This document shows, one piece after another, positions 24,780 through 37,647 of a stretch of 64,000 nt of DNA (positions are counted from its first letter, which is position 1; the number at the start of each line of letters is the position of its first letter). The notes beneath the pieces were generated by a model that worked only from the letters and a program-made list of their open reading frames with translations, made no database searches and was not told where the DNA came from. The stretch is from Paecilomyces variotii (Eukaryota). The stretch lies in NCBI GenBank assembly GCA_004022145.1, contig RCNU01000001.1, one strand, 5' to 3'. The position numbers were made by a program, and so were the translations under genes.

Positions 24780-25826
24780 TCATACAATGTCCCACGCTTC
24801 CTCGGCGGCGTGGGTGAACTTGCTGCATGCAACACTAGCACTCAAACTGTAGTTGCTGATACTGATCGTGTCATCCTTGAAGCTGTCTGCGAAATCATCA
24901 CGACCCTTGGCCATGGCTCCGACGAACACGCAGATGCTCTCCTTCGGGCCGAGGGACTCGACATAATCCCGGACACGCACCACAGGAGCGTCGAAACTCA
25001 GCGTGACCTTGCGACAGTTGGGCGGTAGGTGATCAGTGATCGGGTTCTTGATCACTTTCAGCAGCTTTTCTTGTGAGTTTGTGGAGCGAATAGAAAGTCG
25101 GTGCAGCAGCTGGACCATGAGACCAGCGAATCGCTTGAAGGTTCGAGGAATGCGAACGGTGGGGCTAACTTCGATGAGAACGCCCTTTGCGGTATGGATG
25201 TAGATCTGGAGTTTTCCAGCCTTGTTGATGGGTGAGTCGAGAAGTGTAAGGAGACACTGTAGACATCCAATGATAAGTAATCCAGACTAGTACACACGAC
25301 CATCTCAGCTACGGGGAGATCAGACCTGGTGGGTGATATCTGGTCGAGCGTCACTGATATCTCTGTTCATCTTCCGCATGATACCGATGTGCTCGTCGCT
25401 GTTAAGAAGCGAATACTTCTCCTCCCGGCCGCTACCACTGCGGCCGCCATGAGAGGAGCGGTAAGTCTCCAAGCTGGCATTTGACAAGACCACAATGAGA
25501 CGCTTGGTGTCCTTGTCATTGGCTGCTATCGGAACATGCTGTTCAGCGACGAGCTGCGGTAGCTCTGGAGGAGGGCACGACTGGGTCCCTAGAAAGAGAC
25601 TGTCAGTCAAACTGGACATGGAAGTATCGAGTGCCGGGTAGATAATGAATCAAGCTTGGAGTCAAGACGGAGAACTGCTTAAGTTGTTGAGGTCTGAGGG
25701 GCCAAAAAGTTCTTTGTGTAGAAAGTGAGGCTAACACTCCCTCCACGTGCTTAGTCCACGCGGGGAATACGGATTAGACTTACTCGGTCTCTTCCTCTTT
25801 CCTGCACCTTGAGGGTCGTTGGCCAT
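24780..25826 (-). CDS. nep1: 18S rRNA pseudouridine N1-methyltransferase Nep1/Emg1 (SPOUT family), 3 exons
   Basis: [92 protein letters not shown]. Confidence 0.96.
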
Positions 25827-28234
25827 GATGTGTGAGTACTGAAACAATTGTTCCCCGAAATTCAAGTGAAAGAGAGTGACAAGATCTCCCAGAATCCCAA
25901 TGTGGGTTTTCTAAGAGAAAAAGACGGCTGATTTCAATCCTTTCCGCAGCCACTAATATGAGAGAACGAGAGGGATAGATAGAAAGAGGCCAATCCCGTG
26001 GAGATGAGATGGATCAGGGCCGCAAAGGAGGATAAAGAGGGGAGGAATATTTTCTGACTGTTCGAACTCGAGAGGCAGTTTGCTGAGGTGGGATAAGATG
26101 GGGCGGGAAAAGTGTTCGTGTTGGTTGGGGCGGGATTTTTTTTTCTAGGTAGCGAGGATGTTCTAGCCTACCTGGGTATCCGCAGCATGCTCTTCTTGCG
26201 GGCCTCGGGTTCCAGAGCATCACAAGAAGCTGTAGACAAACATCCTATGGCCTGAACAAATTGCTAGTACTGGATCTTGCTTGATGGCGATGATACTGCC
26301 CAGCGAGTCATTTGTGTGACCCTGAAGGATCGACGTTACACCCAATTTATCGGGACTCCGTCACCAGTATGGGGGGTGTTTAGGATGGTCTTCCTGGCGC
26401 TATCCTGGGGTTCGGGGATTATTAGAGCGCAGTGGTTTTGTACATACATAGATCCTGGATATCGTTTTAAGGCGTCTTCTACTTCGTAGGCCAGGCATGC
26501 TTTCTATTTGATGCTTCATAAAGGGTAGGTGAGGGTCGTGTGTCGAGAGGTTAAACCGCTAAGGAGTCCTTATATATATATTTATTTTCCGATCTACCAT
26601 AGAGAGCCCAAGAACCACAAACATTCTTGACAACGGCTCCATTCCTGTCAGCAATTACATACATCCTCAGGATTCTTCGGATAGTCACGCCTGCTCATTC
26701 TATCATACACTCCCTGGGACCGGATATAACTACGGAGTAACTATTCCGTAGTACGTACGACAGTAAACATACAGTCATTATTCTCCAAGGCCTCCGTTGT
26801 TCAGCTAGCACGAGCCTCGTATAATATTCTCCTCAGCGGGCAAAGTCTTCAATAGTTTACCGTTGAGACCCAGTTTCCAACACTCTTCTAGGCAGCCTTA
26901 AACCCCCCACTGACAGGGTCTCATACCTGCAGAACCCAGAAAAATGCCCACTACGAGCTGTTCTGACACAAGGCTGGGTCCTAAATTCCCAATAGCTAGC
27001 AAACAGGGGCCATGGCAGGCAGCGAACAGTGTCAAGACTCAAGACTCAGGAGTCAGGAGTAGATACTAGAAATTAGCTCCCGTGGTGGTATCTAGACCCG
27101 GTGTCTTGTAACGTTGGTGTGTCGTAGGCATCCTCATGCAAATGGGCAAACTGTCATGTGCTAGGCTGTAGGTACGAATCGACGCCGCAAGAAAGAACTC
27201 GTATAAACTTGTGTTACACACAGAGCATAACAATAATGCACGCCACACAGTTTTCCAATCCCCCTCGCTGTTGATTTCCCCCAAGACAGGCAGCTTGCGT
27301 TGAAATGATACCTAGTCATCCACGGGGGAATGATGTTCTTGAAGCCGGATGGCGCTCCACCCAGTGACATGGCTCAGCTGGGGGTCTCGGAAACGAAGCC
27401 ATTAACGCCATCATCAAGGGGAATATGAACACGACGATGGCTTAACCGTTAGGCAGATCTTAACCGCCCAGCCAAAGGGGACAGGACAGCCTTGATCTGG
27501 CATGTCTCCAGATGGTCGATGCAGACGCAACGGCGGCCATTCAGATCGATGATCGCCACTCCGGTTCAGCCAACCTAGCCAAGGCGTCCAATGCGCCTCC
27601 GTATTGTCAGTCCCACGTCGAGGCCGGCCAACAGGGAGTGCCAACAGTTGCGTCAAGTTTCGACACTGAACGGACATCTACTGTGATGATCAAGGAGTAC
27701 GAGTAACTACTTAGAGTCTTGGGGGCGCCCATGGCCAGTCTGGTACTGCAAGTATCCAACTTGGATGAGAGAACATACGAGAAGACCACTGACTGCCTAG
27801 GACTACTACTACTATTTCCTGCTCTGTGTTAGTTATCCCACCAGTTGGTTATCATCACCTACGCTCAACAACTTTGGTGAGCTATCCTCGCCAAGTCATC
27901 CACCGTACACTACAGTACCATATTATTGCGAACCGTTCGATTGTCACCTGAAGTTCACACCACACAAACCCTCCGACGGGACCAGGAGAGATCGAAGACA
28001 CGAGAGGAATAATAATCGACTAACAAATACCTGCTACACGGAAGTGGGCGGTTGGTGATGGTTAGAGCAATATGACCGAATAAGGACTAGGGCCTCCGGC
28101 GCGTTCCCGTCGCTGATCAGCTTATCCAGTGAATCCGCCCGTGTCTCGAAAGTAAACATTCCTTTCTCTCTACCAGAACATCCGCATCCTCCCCTGCTCC
28201 ATGCTGACCCTGATGTCCAGTCAATTCTAAGGAG

Positions 28235-29502
28235 ATGCCTTGGACGGTGACAAACTCATTTAAACGGTATGGTTTCGGGCCTCAACGGTGACCTCTTCGC
28301 GGGAACGCGTGCTGACCTACTCTAGCGGCCTCATGAAAACTTACGGAAGACCCATACGGCGCGTCTTTGACGATGACTTGCGCCCGGCCGCAAAAAAGAG
28401 ACGGGTAACCTCTGGAGACGACTCGGATGAAGCAGAACACAACCTGCAATATGCCATCCGGGAATCCTCCGCCGCTATCATGTCCAGTCCGTCTCGTCGC
28501 AATTCAGTCATCTTCTCGGAAGAGACGCCGGACGATGATCTGTCAACGCCACCATCGTCCCCGCCACCCCAACTCACCCCTCCGCCAGTCAACATACGAA
28601 AGCCGACCTTTGCGTTTCTGAAGCGCAAGCGATCGCAAATCAAGGAGAGTGGCAACTCGTCTCCGTTGACGGAGGTCAACTCGAATAGTGTGCGGTCCTC
28701 CGTGGATCCGCCTCGGAAGAAGCCGCGCCAGCAGCCTTCCGTCTTGAAGCAGATGCAGCTAGATCTGGGGACGGAGGTTCGTCGGACGTGTTCCTCTTGC
28801 GGGATGGAGTATATCCCATCCAATGGCGAAGATGCCGCCTTGCACAAGAAGTACCATGACATGAATGCCACCGGAGTCGACCTGGGTAAAGCATTTGTCA
28901 AGGCCAACGCATCTCGTTGGGTGTATGAGGCGGCGCGATTTGATGAAGGATACGTGGTGATCGTGGACCGGAAGAGTTCACCCGCCGCGAAGAACCAGGC
29001 CAAGAAAGTGCTGGAAGTTGTCAGCAAGGAGCTGTCTTCTCCCGAGATCGAAGAGTCCGTTCTCTGGAGTCAGACGCGACCTCCAAAGGAGCACGAGAAA
29101 AATGGAGCTAAAGAAGAGATGGACCGATACCGCGTCTTTCTGCATATGAAGGACAGTAGATGCGTTGGCATGTGTCTTACAGAACGCATCTGGGAGTCGC
29201 GACCGGTGAAGGGTGTACGCGGGGATGCTTCAGGCAGTAACCAGACGAATAGTTCCTCAGTTACTGTTGGAGAGGAGCGTCATCCAGCCATTGTGGGCAT
29301 CTCGCGCATCTGGACATCGGGCTCTTCCCGACGAAAGGGAATCGCCATGGATCTTCTGGATTGTGTGGTGAGCAACTTCATTTATGGGTTGGATATACCC
29401 AAGGACCAAATTGCCTTCAGCCAGCCAACAGAGAGCGGATGCAGACTCGCCGAAGCTTTCTTCGGGCCCGGAGAGCAGTGGTACGTGTACAATGAAAGCT
29501 GA
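28235..29502 (+). CDS. eco1: Sister-chromatid cohesion acetyltransferase Eco1, 2 exons
   Basis: Short exon MPWTVTNSFKR, intron 28267-28325. PIP-like QMQLDLG, C2H2 finger CSSC..HKKYH and acetyltransferase motifs GISRIWT..RRKGIA..IAFSQPTESG. Confidence 0.92.
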
Positions 29503-30126
29503 GAAGAACAGCGAGAGATGTCTCTTCACTGCGAAAACAAAAAACTAAACAGGCCGGTGATGGCCCGAGACTTTCATTTATGGTATAAACGGATAGCGAT
29601 GGGTGGGCTGATTGTTTTCTCAAGCGACAAAGGAGGGGGGAAAAAGGGAGTTACCCTCGAAGGATTACTATTGTTTTCAGCGGTTTACATTCAATCGGGA
29701 AGCTTGATCTAGATATTGCCTGTAATCTCTGCTGCCATCTTTTTCTTTTTCTTTTCTTCTTTTCTTTAGTGTATAAGCTAGCTACATCATTAACTATAGT
29801 TGACTTTGAATGATAGGAGTGACCACGACGCAGGTCGCAAATTATGGAGAATTCAAGAAGAAAAGGGCTGCATCCAACCCATTTCCGTGGAACAATATCA
29901 CAGCTGAATAGATCGGGGCGATGCCATTGATGGGGTAAACCCAACCGGCAGTTTTCTTGGGTCTTGGGAACCTTATTTAACGTGCTCGGGAAGCGGTGCA
30001 TGACAGCAGCGATGCTCGAAGCTTACCTCTTCGCTCGGCGGCGTTGATTCTCTCTCTTCTTTTTTCCTTACATCCCCGCCCAGTTATCGCCTGTTCCCAT
30101 GCTTGACCCAGCGCATCTTCTCTACG

Positions 30127-31896
30127 ATGTCTGGATCAAATCCTTTCCGCCGTAGGGAACGAGAGAGTGGGGTTTCCCCGCCGCATCCGAAGAGCGGTGC
30201 GATAACACACACGACAGCCATAGCTCCAGTTGCTCGCGCAGAGGGTATGTATATTCATCTGTCTGGTTGAGATCATAGACCCTTCTCCGGAGGGATGAGA
30301 TATTGACTGTCCCTCGTAGATTTCACAGACCATACAGCACTGCGTTCAAAAATTGTGCGCATCGCTTCTCCTCCCGTGCCTGCTTCTACGACATCACCAG
30401 CCAATGCACCATTTCCTGATCATTCAGGCCTTCATCACCGCTCATATACGAGACAATATGATGATTCCACCTCTGATTCCCAAGAAGACCGAGCCTCGAC
30501 CGATCCGTTCGAGGCAGACCAACTTACCACTGACGATGACGATCCAGAGCAACAGTCCCGGCACAACGCCAGATGGGATCCTACCATGACTGATTCCTCT
30601 GATGACGACTATGGCGGATCTGCGCGGTCATCACATCATGAAACTTTGCAGCCTCTGGGGCGACAACGTCCTGTTTCTGAGAGTCCGGTAATTCCGCGAG
30701 AGACAACGCCAGGACCAGGCAGCAATGGAAGCAAAAGGGCTACTATGGATGTAGATGCTTTCACCAGACTTCTTCTGACGGGAGATGCTGGGACAGAGCG
30801 GACATCGTCGATGAAGGACAGCCCAAACGCTTCGAATAGGCCAAGAACTGCTCCCGATATTTCGAATGAGAGTCGCAGCAGCGCAGATGCTGTATCTATA
30901 TCTCGACAGTCCGCCTCCGAGTATTGCCCGTCCGTTGGCGCCGATACACCACGAACGTCGCACGAAATGTCATCTGCGGAAGCTGAGGCTGGGTACAAAG
31001 TGCAAATCAACCGCCAAGGGTCTGAGAGGAAGCAGAAACCTCCTCCCCCTAAGGCACGTCATGGAAAGTTGATCAAATCGGACGGCAATCAGCAACCAAC
31101 CCCGCAGCCTACCACATCTCATTTTCAACCAAACACGCCTAGTTCATATATATCACAGCCACAGAGTATAAATACCTCTTCTCCCGGTACCAGCAAAACT
31201 GTTACCTCTCCTTCAGCAACGGACTACTTTACAACCACATTCGGAGACCAAACATCCCGTCCGGGAGACTCCCCCGACCGCAAACCATCGCAGTCCAAGA
31301 GACCGCCAACACCACCGCTTGCTAGACGGCGGAGTCAGATGAAGCATGTCAAATCAAGTGCTTCAGTGAGCAAACCAAGTCAGATCATAATTGCAGAGGC
31401 GTCCGTCGAGTCGAAATACCCTACTACACCAAGTCCTGGCATCAAGAACCCGCCCCCTCCTCCATCCCGACGTCACGGCAGGGCGATCAGTGCACAGCTA
31501 TCCGACGGTTCTTCCCCTCCTGCATTTCCATTTCCTCAGAGAACGTCCTCGACGTCGAGCGGTCCGCCTGGTGGGGAGGAGAGTGAGAGGGGAGCATCTC
31601 CTGCATCGTCCAGGACGCCCTCCATCAGATCCGCAAGGCGCGTATCACAACCACTTGGTTCGTCTCCGTCGAATATGCCGCCTCCTCCCCCGCCCCCGAG
31701 GAGGGCACGAAGTCCTAGTCGCGGCAGTACTGATAGCTCTCGTCCTCGGTCTTTTCATCTGGAGAAAGAGAATGAACCCACAGTGCCCGTGGCGGAGCCA
31801 TCGAATGCTGACAGCATCCTGGCTGATCTTACGCGGTTACAACAAGAAGTGGATGCTCTTCGGGGACAATATGAGAGCCGCAAGCCCAGTCACTGA
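30127..31896 (+). CDS. Hypothetical Pro/Ser-rich protein with N-terminal NPF and C-terminal coiled coil, 2 exons
   Basis: ATG at 30127 (MSGSNPFRR). Intron GTATGT..ATTGAC..TAG joins in frame to the 513-aa ORF. Motifs TMDVDAFTRLLLTG and DSILADLTRLQQEVDALRGQYE. Confidence 0.75.
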
Positions 31897-32968
31897 CAAT
31901 AGGAACACCTTCCGCACGAGTTATGGAATGTAGTTATGGGCTTTGCCCTTTTTTACATTCTCAGCTGACCTCCTACCAATTCCATACATACATATGCGGC
32001 TTGACTGGAACCACCCAAACCATCCATTTCACGGGCTCTGATGGGTACGGATAACTTCTCACGTGAACATGTTCTCGATTCCACAGCGTGGTAGAAACAT
32101 TATAAGATACCTGTGTTTACGGTCGCGATGTCCAGTCTCACTGACTATATATTGTACTTTGTACTGTACACAACGACGGTAGTTTCTGCACGTAGAATAA
32201 AATACAGGATTGCCTGACTGATTCTTGCCTTGAGTATGCGTTGTCTGCAAGGGGGTTAAAGAATCATAAGTTAATAGCGATTAACCATAAGCAACGGTAG
32301 CAATGATATATGATATGGTACTGCAGAGTGCGGATCGACGGTGCATCCCGCGATCCTCCCAGCTCCGCCGTACCGCCCATGACGTCTTCAGACCGCCCCC
32401 TATCGCTTTATAGCATCGCAGAGCAAGTGAACCAACCCCCCCATCCCGCTGCCTCGCCTCACTTGCGCGGAGAAGCTCCATCCTCTTATTATTCTTATTA
32501 TTTAGACACCAACAAGCTCCAGACTATTATAGGGCAACCATAAAAAAGGGCAGCATCCTGGGGCGTAATCCAATCGCTTCTCTTTCCCTTGTCCCGCTTC
32601 AATCTCCATATGTTCTACTTAATCCTCCAGTACTCACATACAATTTACTACTAGCTTTGGATCTTGCGGAAATTTAGCCGCGCGTTGCACATCGATTCAC
32701 CCAGGCGCTTCTTTTCTTCCAGATTCACCAATACACTTGCAGAAAAAAAAAAAAAAAAAAAACAGCAGATCTAGCCTGGTTAACGCTGATTGTCTGGTGA
32801 CCAGTGGATCATTCACTTCTCTTCAAACGGGGCCGGGACGCCGAAAACTCCCTCCGGACTCGCTTTCTGAGCAACGAGCGCCAGCTCTTCTCTTTTGATA
32901 ACTGTCCATCTCGTTGAAGAGATTTTCTCATTTCACAGCTACTAAACCCCAGGACTAATACGCGAACG

Positions 32969-33961
32969 ATGTCGACTCCCACTCTCATCAACCTTCCTCC
33001 CCCGCCATCCGATCCGGTCACGCCGTCGGAAATGGGACCGTAAGAGATCCTTGTTCCTTGCTTACATTGGAGAGAATCGGGGAACAGGCTGCTGACGGTG
33101 TCTGGGCATTATAGGGGCACTCCAAATTCAGGTACCACGTCACTGTCGGCGCTGTCAACCACCGCCATAAAAGATGGCCATCAGGGCCAGATCCATCCGC
33201 ACAGTCACCACGCTCATCATTCATCGTCTGCGTCTGGAACATCGACCACCACTCTAGATGCGGAACGCGCTGATCGCATCTCCCGACTGGCTGGGCTGGA
33301 GCGCGTGGCTGCTGCTCGCGCTGGCGCTGTTCAGGGCAGCGGCATGAATGTCAACACGCCGTTCCCTGCGCACCTTCAAGGGTACTTTGACAACTATCCT
33401 CACATCAAGGAGAGAAGCACTGTCGGTAGTGCCAGCGCAACGGGCAGTGTGGGCGGACGTACAACCTGGGCCAGCGGTAGCGATGCGTTTGACCCGGACA
33501 AGATGAGCGAGGACCCCGATGATGGCGTCTCAAGCGTCGGTGGTATGAGTGATGAATGCAATGCCAGCCTGGTCGGCTTTGGAGAAGGCGCAAGCAGCAC
33601 TATTAGTGGACCTGTCTCGAACGCTGCCCTGAGCAGGATGTCCTCTGGCGGACGGCCCAATTCGCTGGGCAGTCCAACGGCCGCCCGGTCCAGCTTGATG
33701 GCTTCTTATTTGCACGGCAGCGCCAGTCCCTTGAGCGGCGTGGTCCCTTCGTCTCCATCCGTCACCGGATCCAACACGCCGGAGGCCTCTGCGGACGCGC
33801 GCATGGTCGACGGGATGACTTACGATCCGGACGTAGTTGACACGACCGTTCGCACTCCGCAACTGGTGTCTCCTCACAGCAGAACCACCAGTGCTGCGGG
33901 CTCAGATCTGTCGGGCCAGGGCCCTCAGCGGCCACGGGCGGCATGGGATAGCGGGAGGTAG
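32969..33961 (+). CDS. Conserved fungal low-complexity protein resembling the Aspergillus 'RfeF' annotation, 2 exons
   Basis: MSTPTLINLPPPPSDPVTPSEMGP/GTPNSGTTSLSALSTTAIKDGH..ERADRISRLAGLERV..KERSTVGSASATGSVGGRTTWASGS..SLVGFGEGA..ARMVDGMTYDPDVVDTT. The family name is recalled, not verified. Confidence 0.75.
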
Positions 33962-35208
33962 AGAGCCAGTGCCGTCTTGACGCAGGCCGTTAAGGATCTT
34001 GTCCGCTTGGGAGAGATAAGGTTGAGATGACTTCAATAATGGGCTGGACCACATGCTGCTATTTTATTTTATGGATCAGTGGGGGCACAATCATCCAGGC
34101 TGATAATTCAAGCTCCTCCCTTCTTTTAGTGATGATACCTGATTGAGTTCCCTTTTTTCTTCTCTTCTAGATGTCGCATTTGTATGTACGGATCCTGTGA
34201 GGTCCTTCTGTCCACATTTTTTATTGTTTTTTATGAGGATTAGGTGACTGCTCTTGTGATCGGAGTAACTGTAGCTCGAGCGAATTCCATATGGATCTTC
34301 ATGTTATTAGAAAAGTGGCACATTGACCATGCTAATCAATCAGTCAATAAATAATGTATCGTGACAGGTAATTCAATGAATTAATTAAAACAAATCACCC
34401 TGGAAGAACAAGCTCTCTACATGACATCATCCGCCGTCCTCCTAGTATGTTCTGGGTGGCACTGGAAACCAACTCCCGGAGACGAGACTGGATGAGGATG
34501 AAGCTCTGGGCCAGAGTCGAATAGGATAACAAGGGCAGAGGTCGAGAACAAGAGAGCTTCGTTCGTAACTAGTTAAGTAACCTGTCCAAAGCGCCGTGTT
34601 TCGCCCCGGAGCGCCCAGCGTCCGGTGCTTCTCCAACGCTCCGCAACCACCGAAATTTTCCTCTTCCCGCCTGCCCGCCTCCTCCCACCCCCCCCAAACC
34701 CGCGCCTCTTATCCCGCCCTTTACTCACTCTTCCGCCTTCTTGTCCTCTCTCTCCCCCCTCCCATCCCAGTTCTCGTACAGTTCTTCCCGTCCACTTTTC
34801 ATCGCTGGCATTGACTTGTCAAGCACGGGAGATCGCAGGACTGCCCGAACAAGGACCCGATCAAATCAAGCAAAGAGCCTCTCTTCGACAGCAGCTGACT
34901 CCCTCGCCTCCCTTTGTGTGTACGCGCTTCGCGACCAGACCAAACAAAGCAGGATAGAGAACAACTTCTCTCTCTCTGCGCCTTGGAAAAGAAACGAAAA
35001 AAAGAAACATAAGCGATTTCTGCTCGGTCCCGAGACGACGACAGATCACGCGTGCGAAAGCAAAACAATCTAATCTTGTTTCTCTTCACACGCGATCTCT
35101 TACCGCCCTTTTTTTCCCCGTCACTCCCACAAGGTGCGGCGAACTGTGTCACCTTAGCGTTTAAATCGTTCGGAGATCTCGTGTCACTTGCTGTGGCTTT
35201 CGATAGTC

Positions 35209-37647
35209 ATGGCCGCTCCAACGCAGTTTGCCTGTATGTGTTCTTGCCTATAACATTCGCCTCCGGTGGCCTTGGAGAGAGAGCGATAGCTTCTCTCTCG
35301 TGGGGCGACCCGACTGGCGTTTCGTCTGTGATCGCTGATACTGACTTGTCACATATAGTCCGTACGCTGAAGGGAATTGGAATTGTCGACGCTGCTCCTG
35401 TCTACGAGCCTTTGCCAGGGTTTACGAGGTAGGTCCATTTTGGTCGTTTGTCATGACAGTTCCAGGATTATGCTAATATGGCTTTTCTAGACCTGAGGGG
35501 AACCTCCGCTGCTGCTCTTATTCACCATGCGGTCGATACTTCGCCTGGGCGTCCCCGGAACGGTATGTTGATACTCCCCGTCTCTGTATGTGGATGTAGA
35601 TACTGACGTTAGTCGCAGAGTCACTATCGTGGATCCATCCGTCGGCCACGTCATCACGACTCTTCCTGCAGAAAACGTATACGAGCTGGGCTTTTCGCCT
35701 CTTGGGACATACGCCATCACCTGGCAGCGTCCCGGCAAGGACGAGAATGGTGACGCTGTCAAGAACCTCAAGGTGTGGCGCGTCATTGAAGGATCTCCGG
35801 AGAGTGACGAGCATGCGATCGTGGGTCGCTTTGTCCAGAAGTCGCAGACGGGCTGGAATCTGCAGTACACGGCTGATGAGAAGTTTTGCGCCCGTGTCGT
35901 CACCAACGAGATCCAGTTCTTCCAGAGCAACGATCTTTCGAATGTGTGGAATAAGTTGCGGGTGGAGGGTGTAGTGGATTTCGCATTGTCGCCTGGAAAG
36001 AGCCACTCGATTGCTGTGTTTGTGCCTGAACGCAAGGTACGCGATGCTTCTCCTATCTATGGCTGAGGGTGTAGAGTTGAGCGTATAACTGACGTGCTCG
36101 TTATAGGGTCAACCCGCTGCGGTTAAGGTGTTCAGTGTCCCTCAGTTCGGTGCTCCCGTGTCCCAGAAGAACTTCTTCAAGGGCGACAAGGTGCAGCTGA
36201 AGTGGAACAACTCAGGTACAACTTTGATTGTTCTTGCGCAGACCGAGGTCGACAAGACCGGCAAGAGTTACTACGGCGAAACTACTCTCTATCTGCTTAG
36301 TGCCACTGGCGCCTTTGACTCGAGGGTCGATCTTGGTAAGAAGCTTCTTATTCTTCTTTCTTCCGGTATGAGGACCCAGAAACTGACTGGTTATCAGACA
36401 AGGAAGGCCCTATTCACGATGTCGCCTGGTCCCCCAACTCGAAAGAGTTTGGTGTGGTCTATGGTTACATGCCTGCGAAGACGACGATTTTCAACTTCCG
36501 TGGAAAGCCTGTCCAGAACTTCCCTCTCGCCCCTCGAAACACCATCCTGTTTTCTCCTCATGGCCGCTTTGTCCTCGTTGCCGGTTTTGGTAACTTGGCT
36601 GGACAGACGGATATCTATGACGTGGAGAAGGATTACCGAAAGGTCGCGACTATTGAGGCCTCGAACGCCAGTGTGTGCGAATGGTCTCCCGATGGAAAGT
36701 ACATCCTTACGGCCACTACCAGCCCACGTCTGAGAGTCGACAACGGAGTACGGATCTGGCACGTCGGTGGTGGTTTGATGTACAATGAGGACATGAATGA
36801 GCTTTACGAGGTCTGCTGGAGGCCGCAGTCTACCATCCAGCACCCGCTGGTTGGTGATCCTCTCAACCCCGTTCCTACGCCTCACGCATCTGCTTTGGCA
36901 TACCTCAGCACCAGAAAGGCTCCCACCAAGCCTGCTGGTGCCTATCGTCCTCCGGGAGCCCGTGGCCAGGGTACTCCTCTGGCATTCAAGAGAGAGGACG
37001 AGGGTGGAGCTGCCTACGTGCGAGACGGTGCGCCCACCTTTGGTGGTGTTGGCGCCAATGGGTTTGGCAAGCCTCGCAGACGGGAGGTGCCCGGCGCTGA
37101 GCCGGTCGAGTTCCTGCCGCCCGGAGCCGCTCCAGGCGGTGGTGTGACTCTGCCCCCCGGTGCTGAGGAGAAGCCTCTTTCGAAGACTGCTGCTAAGAAC
37201 AAGAAGAAGCGCGAAGCCAAGAAGTTGAAGGAGGAGGCCGAAGGCGCGACGGAGCAGCTCGCGCCACCCAATGGCCAGCATGCGTCCGTCAGTCCTGATC
37301 GCCGGAGCCACTCACGTAGCCGTTCCAATGCTAAAGGTCGTGACCGCAAGAACAGCACTGTTAACGGTGCGCCAACAGGACCGTCTAAGCAGAATGCTAA
37401 GGCTAACGGTGCTGCAGCGCCTGCTCCTGCTCCTCCGGCGGAGGCAGAATCTCCCACGACGCCAGGGGGCGGCAATGGCACTCCCCAGGAGAAGAAGATT
37501 CGCGGTCTTCTGAAGAAGATCCGCGCTATCGACGATCTGAAGATGCGTCTGGCTGGGGGCGAGAAGCTCGAGGATACTCAGATGAAGAAGATCCGCACAG
37601 AGGATTCAGTCCGCAAGGAGCTGGAATCGCTTGGATACAACGGTTGA
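35209..37647 (+). CDS. Eukaryotic translation initiation factor 2A (WD40), 6 exons
   Basis: MAAPTQFAF/RTLKGIGIV start. Motifs QTEVDKTGKSYYGETTLY, KEGPIHDVAWSP, AGFGNL, ATTSPRLRVDNG and AYRPPGARG. C-terminal KKIRAIDDLK..KLEDTQMKKI. Confidence 0.94.

Noticed and set aside
22016..28234. Telomerase RNA or RNase P/MRP RNA in the long intergenic spacers around NEP1
   Set aside because: No convincing TAACCCTAA-type template or conserved P4 motifs were found by eye.
36394..37311. Long antisense or alternate-frame ORFs (also 20630-21388, 28341-29027, 55147-55785, 13178-13783)
   Set aside because: They are shadows of GC-rich genuine CDSs and contain no recognisable domains.
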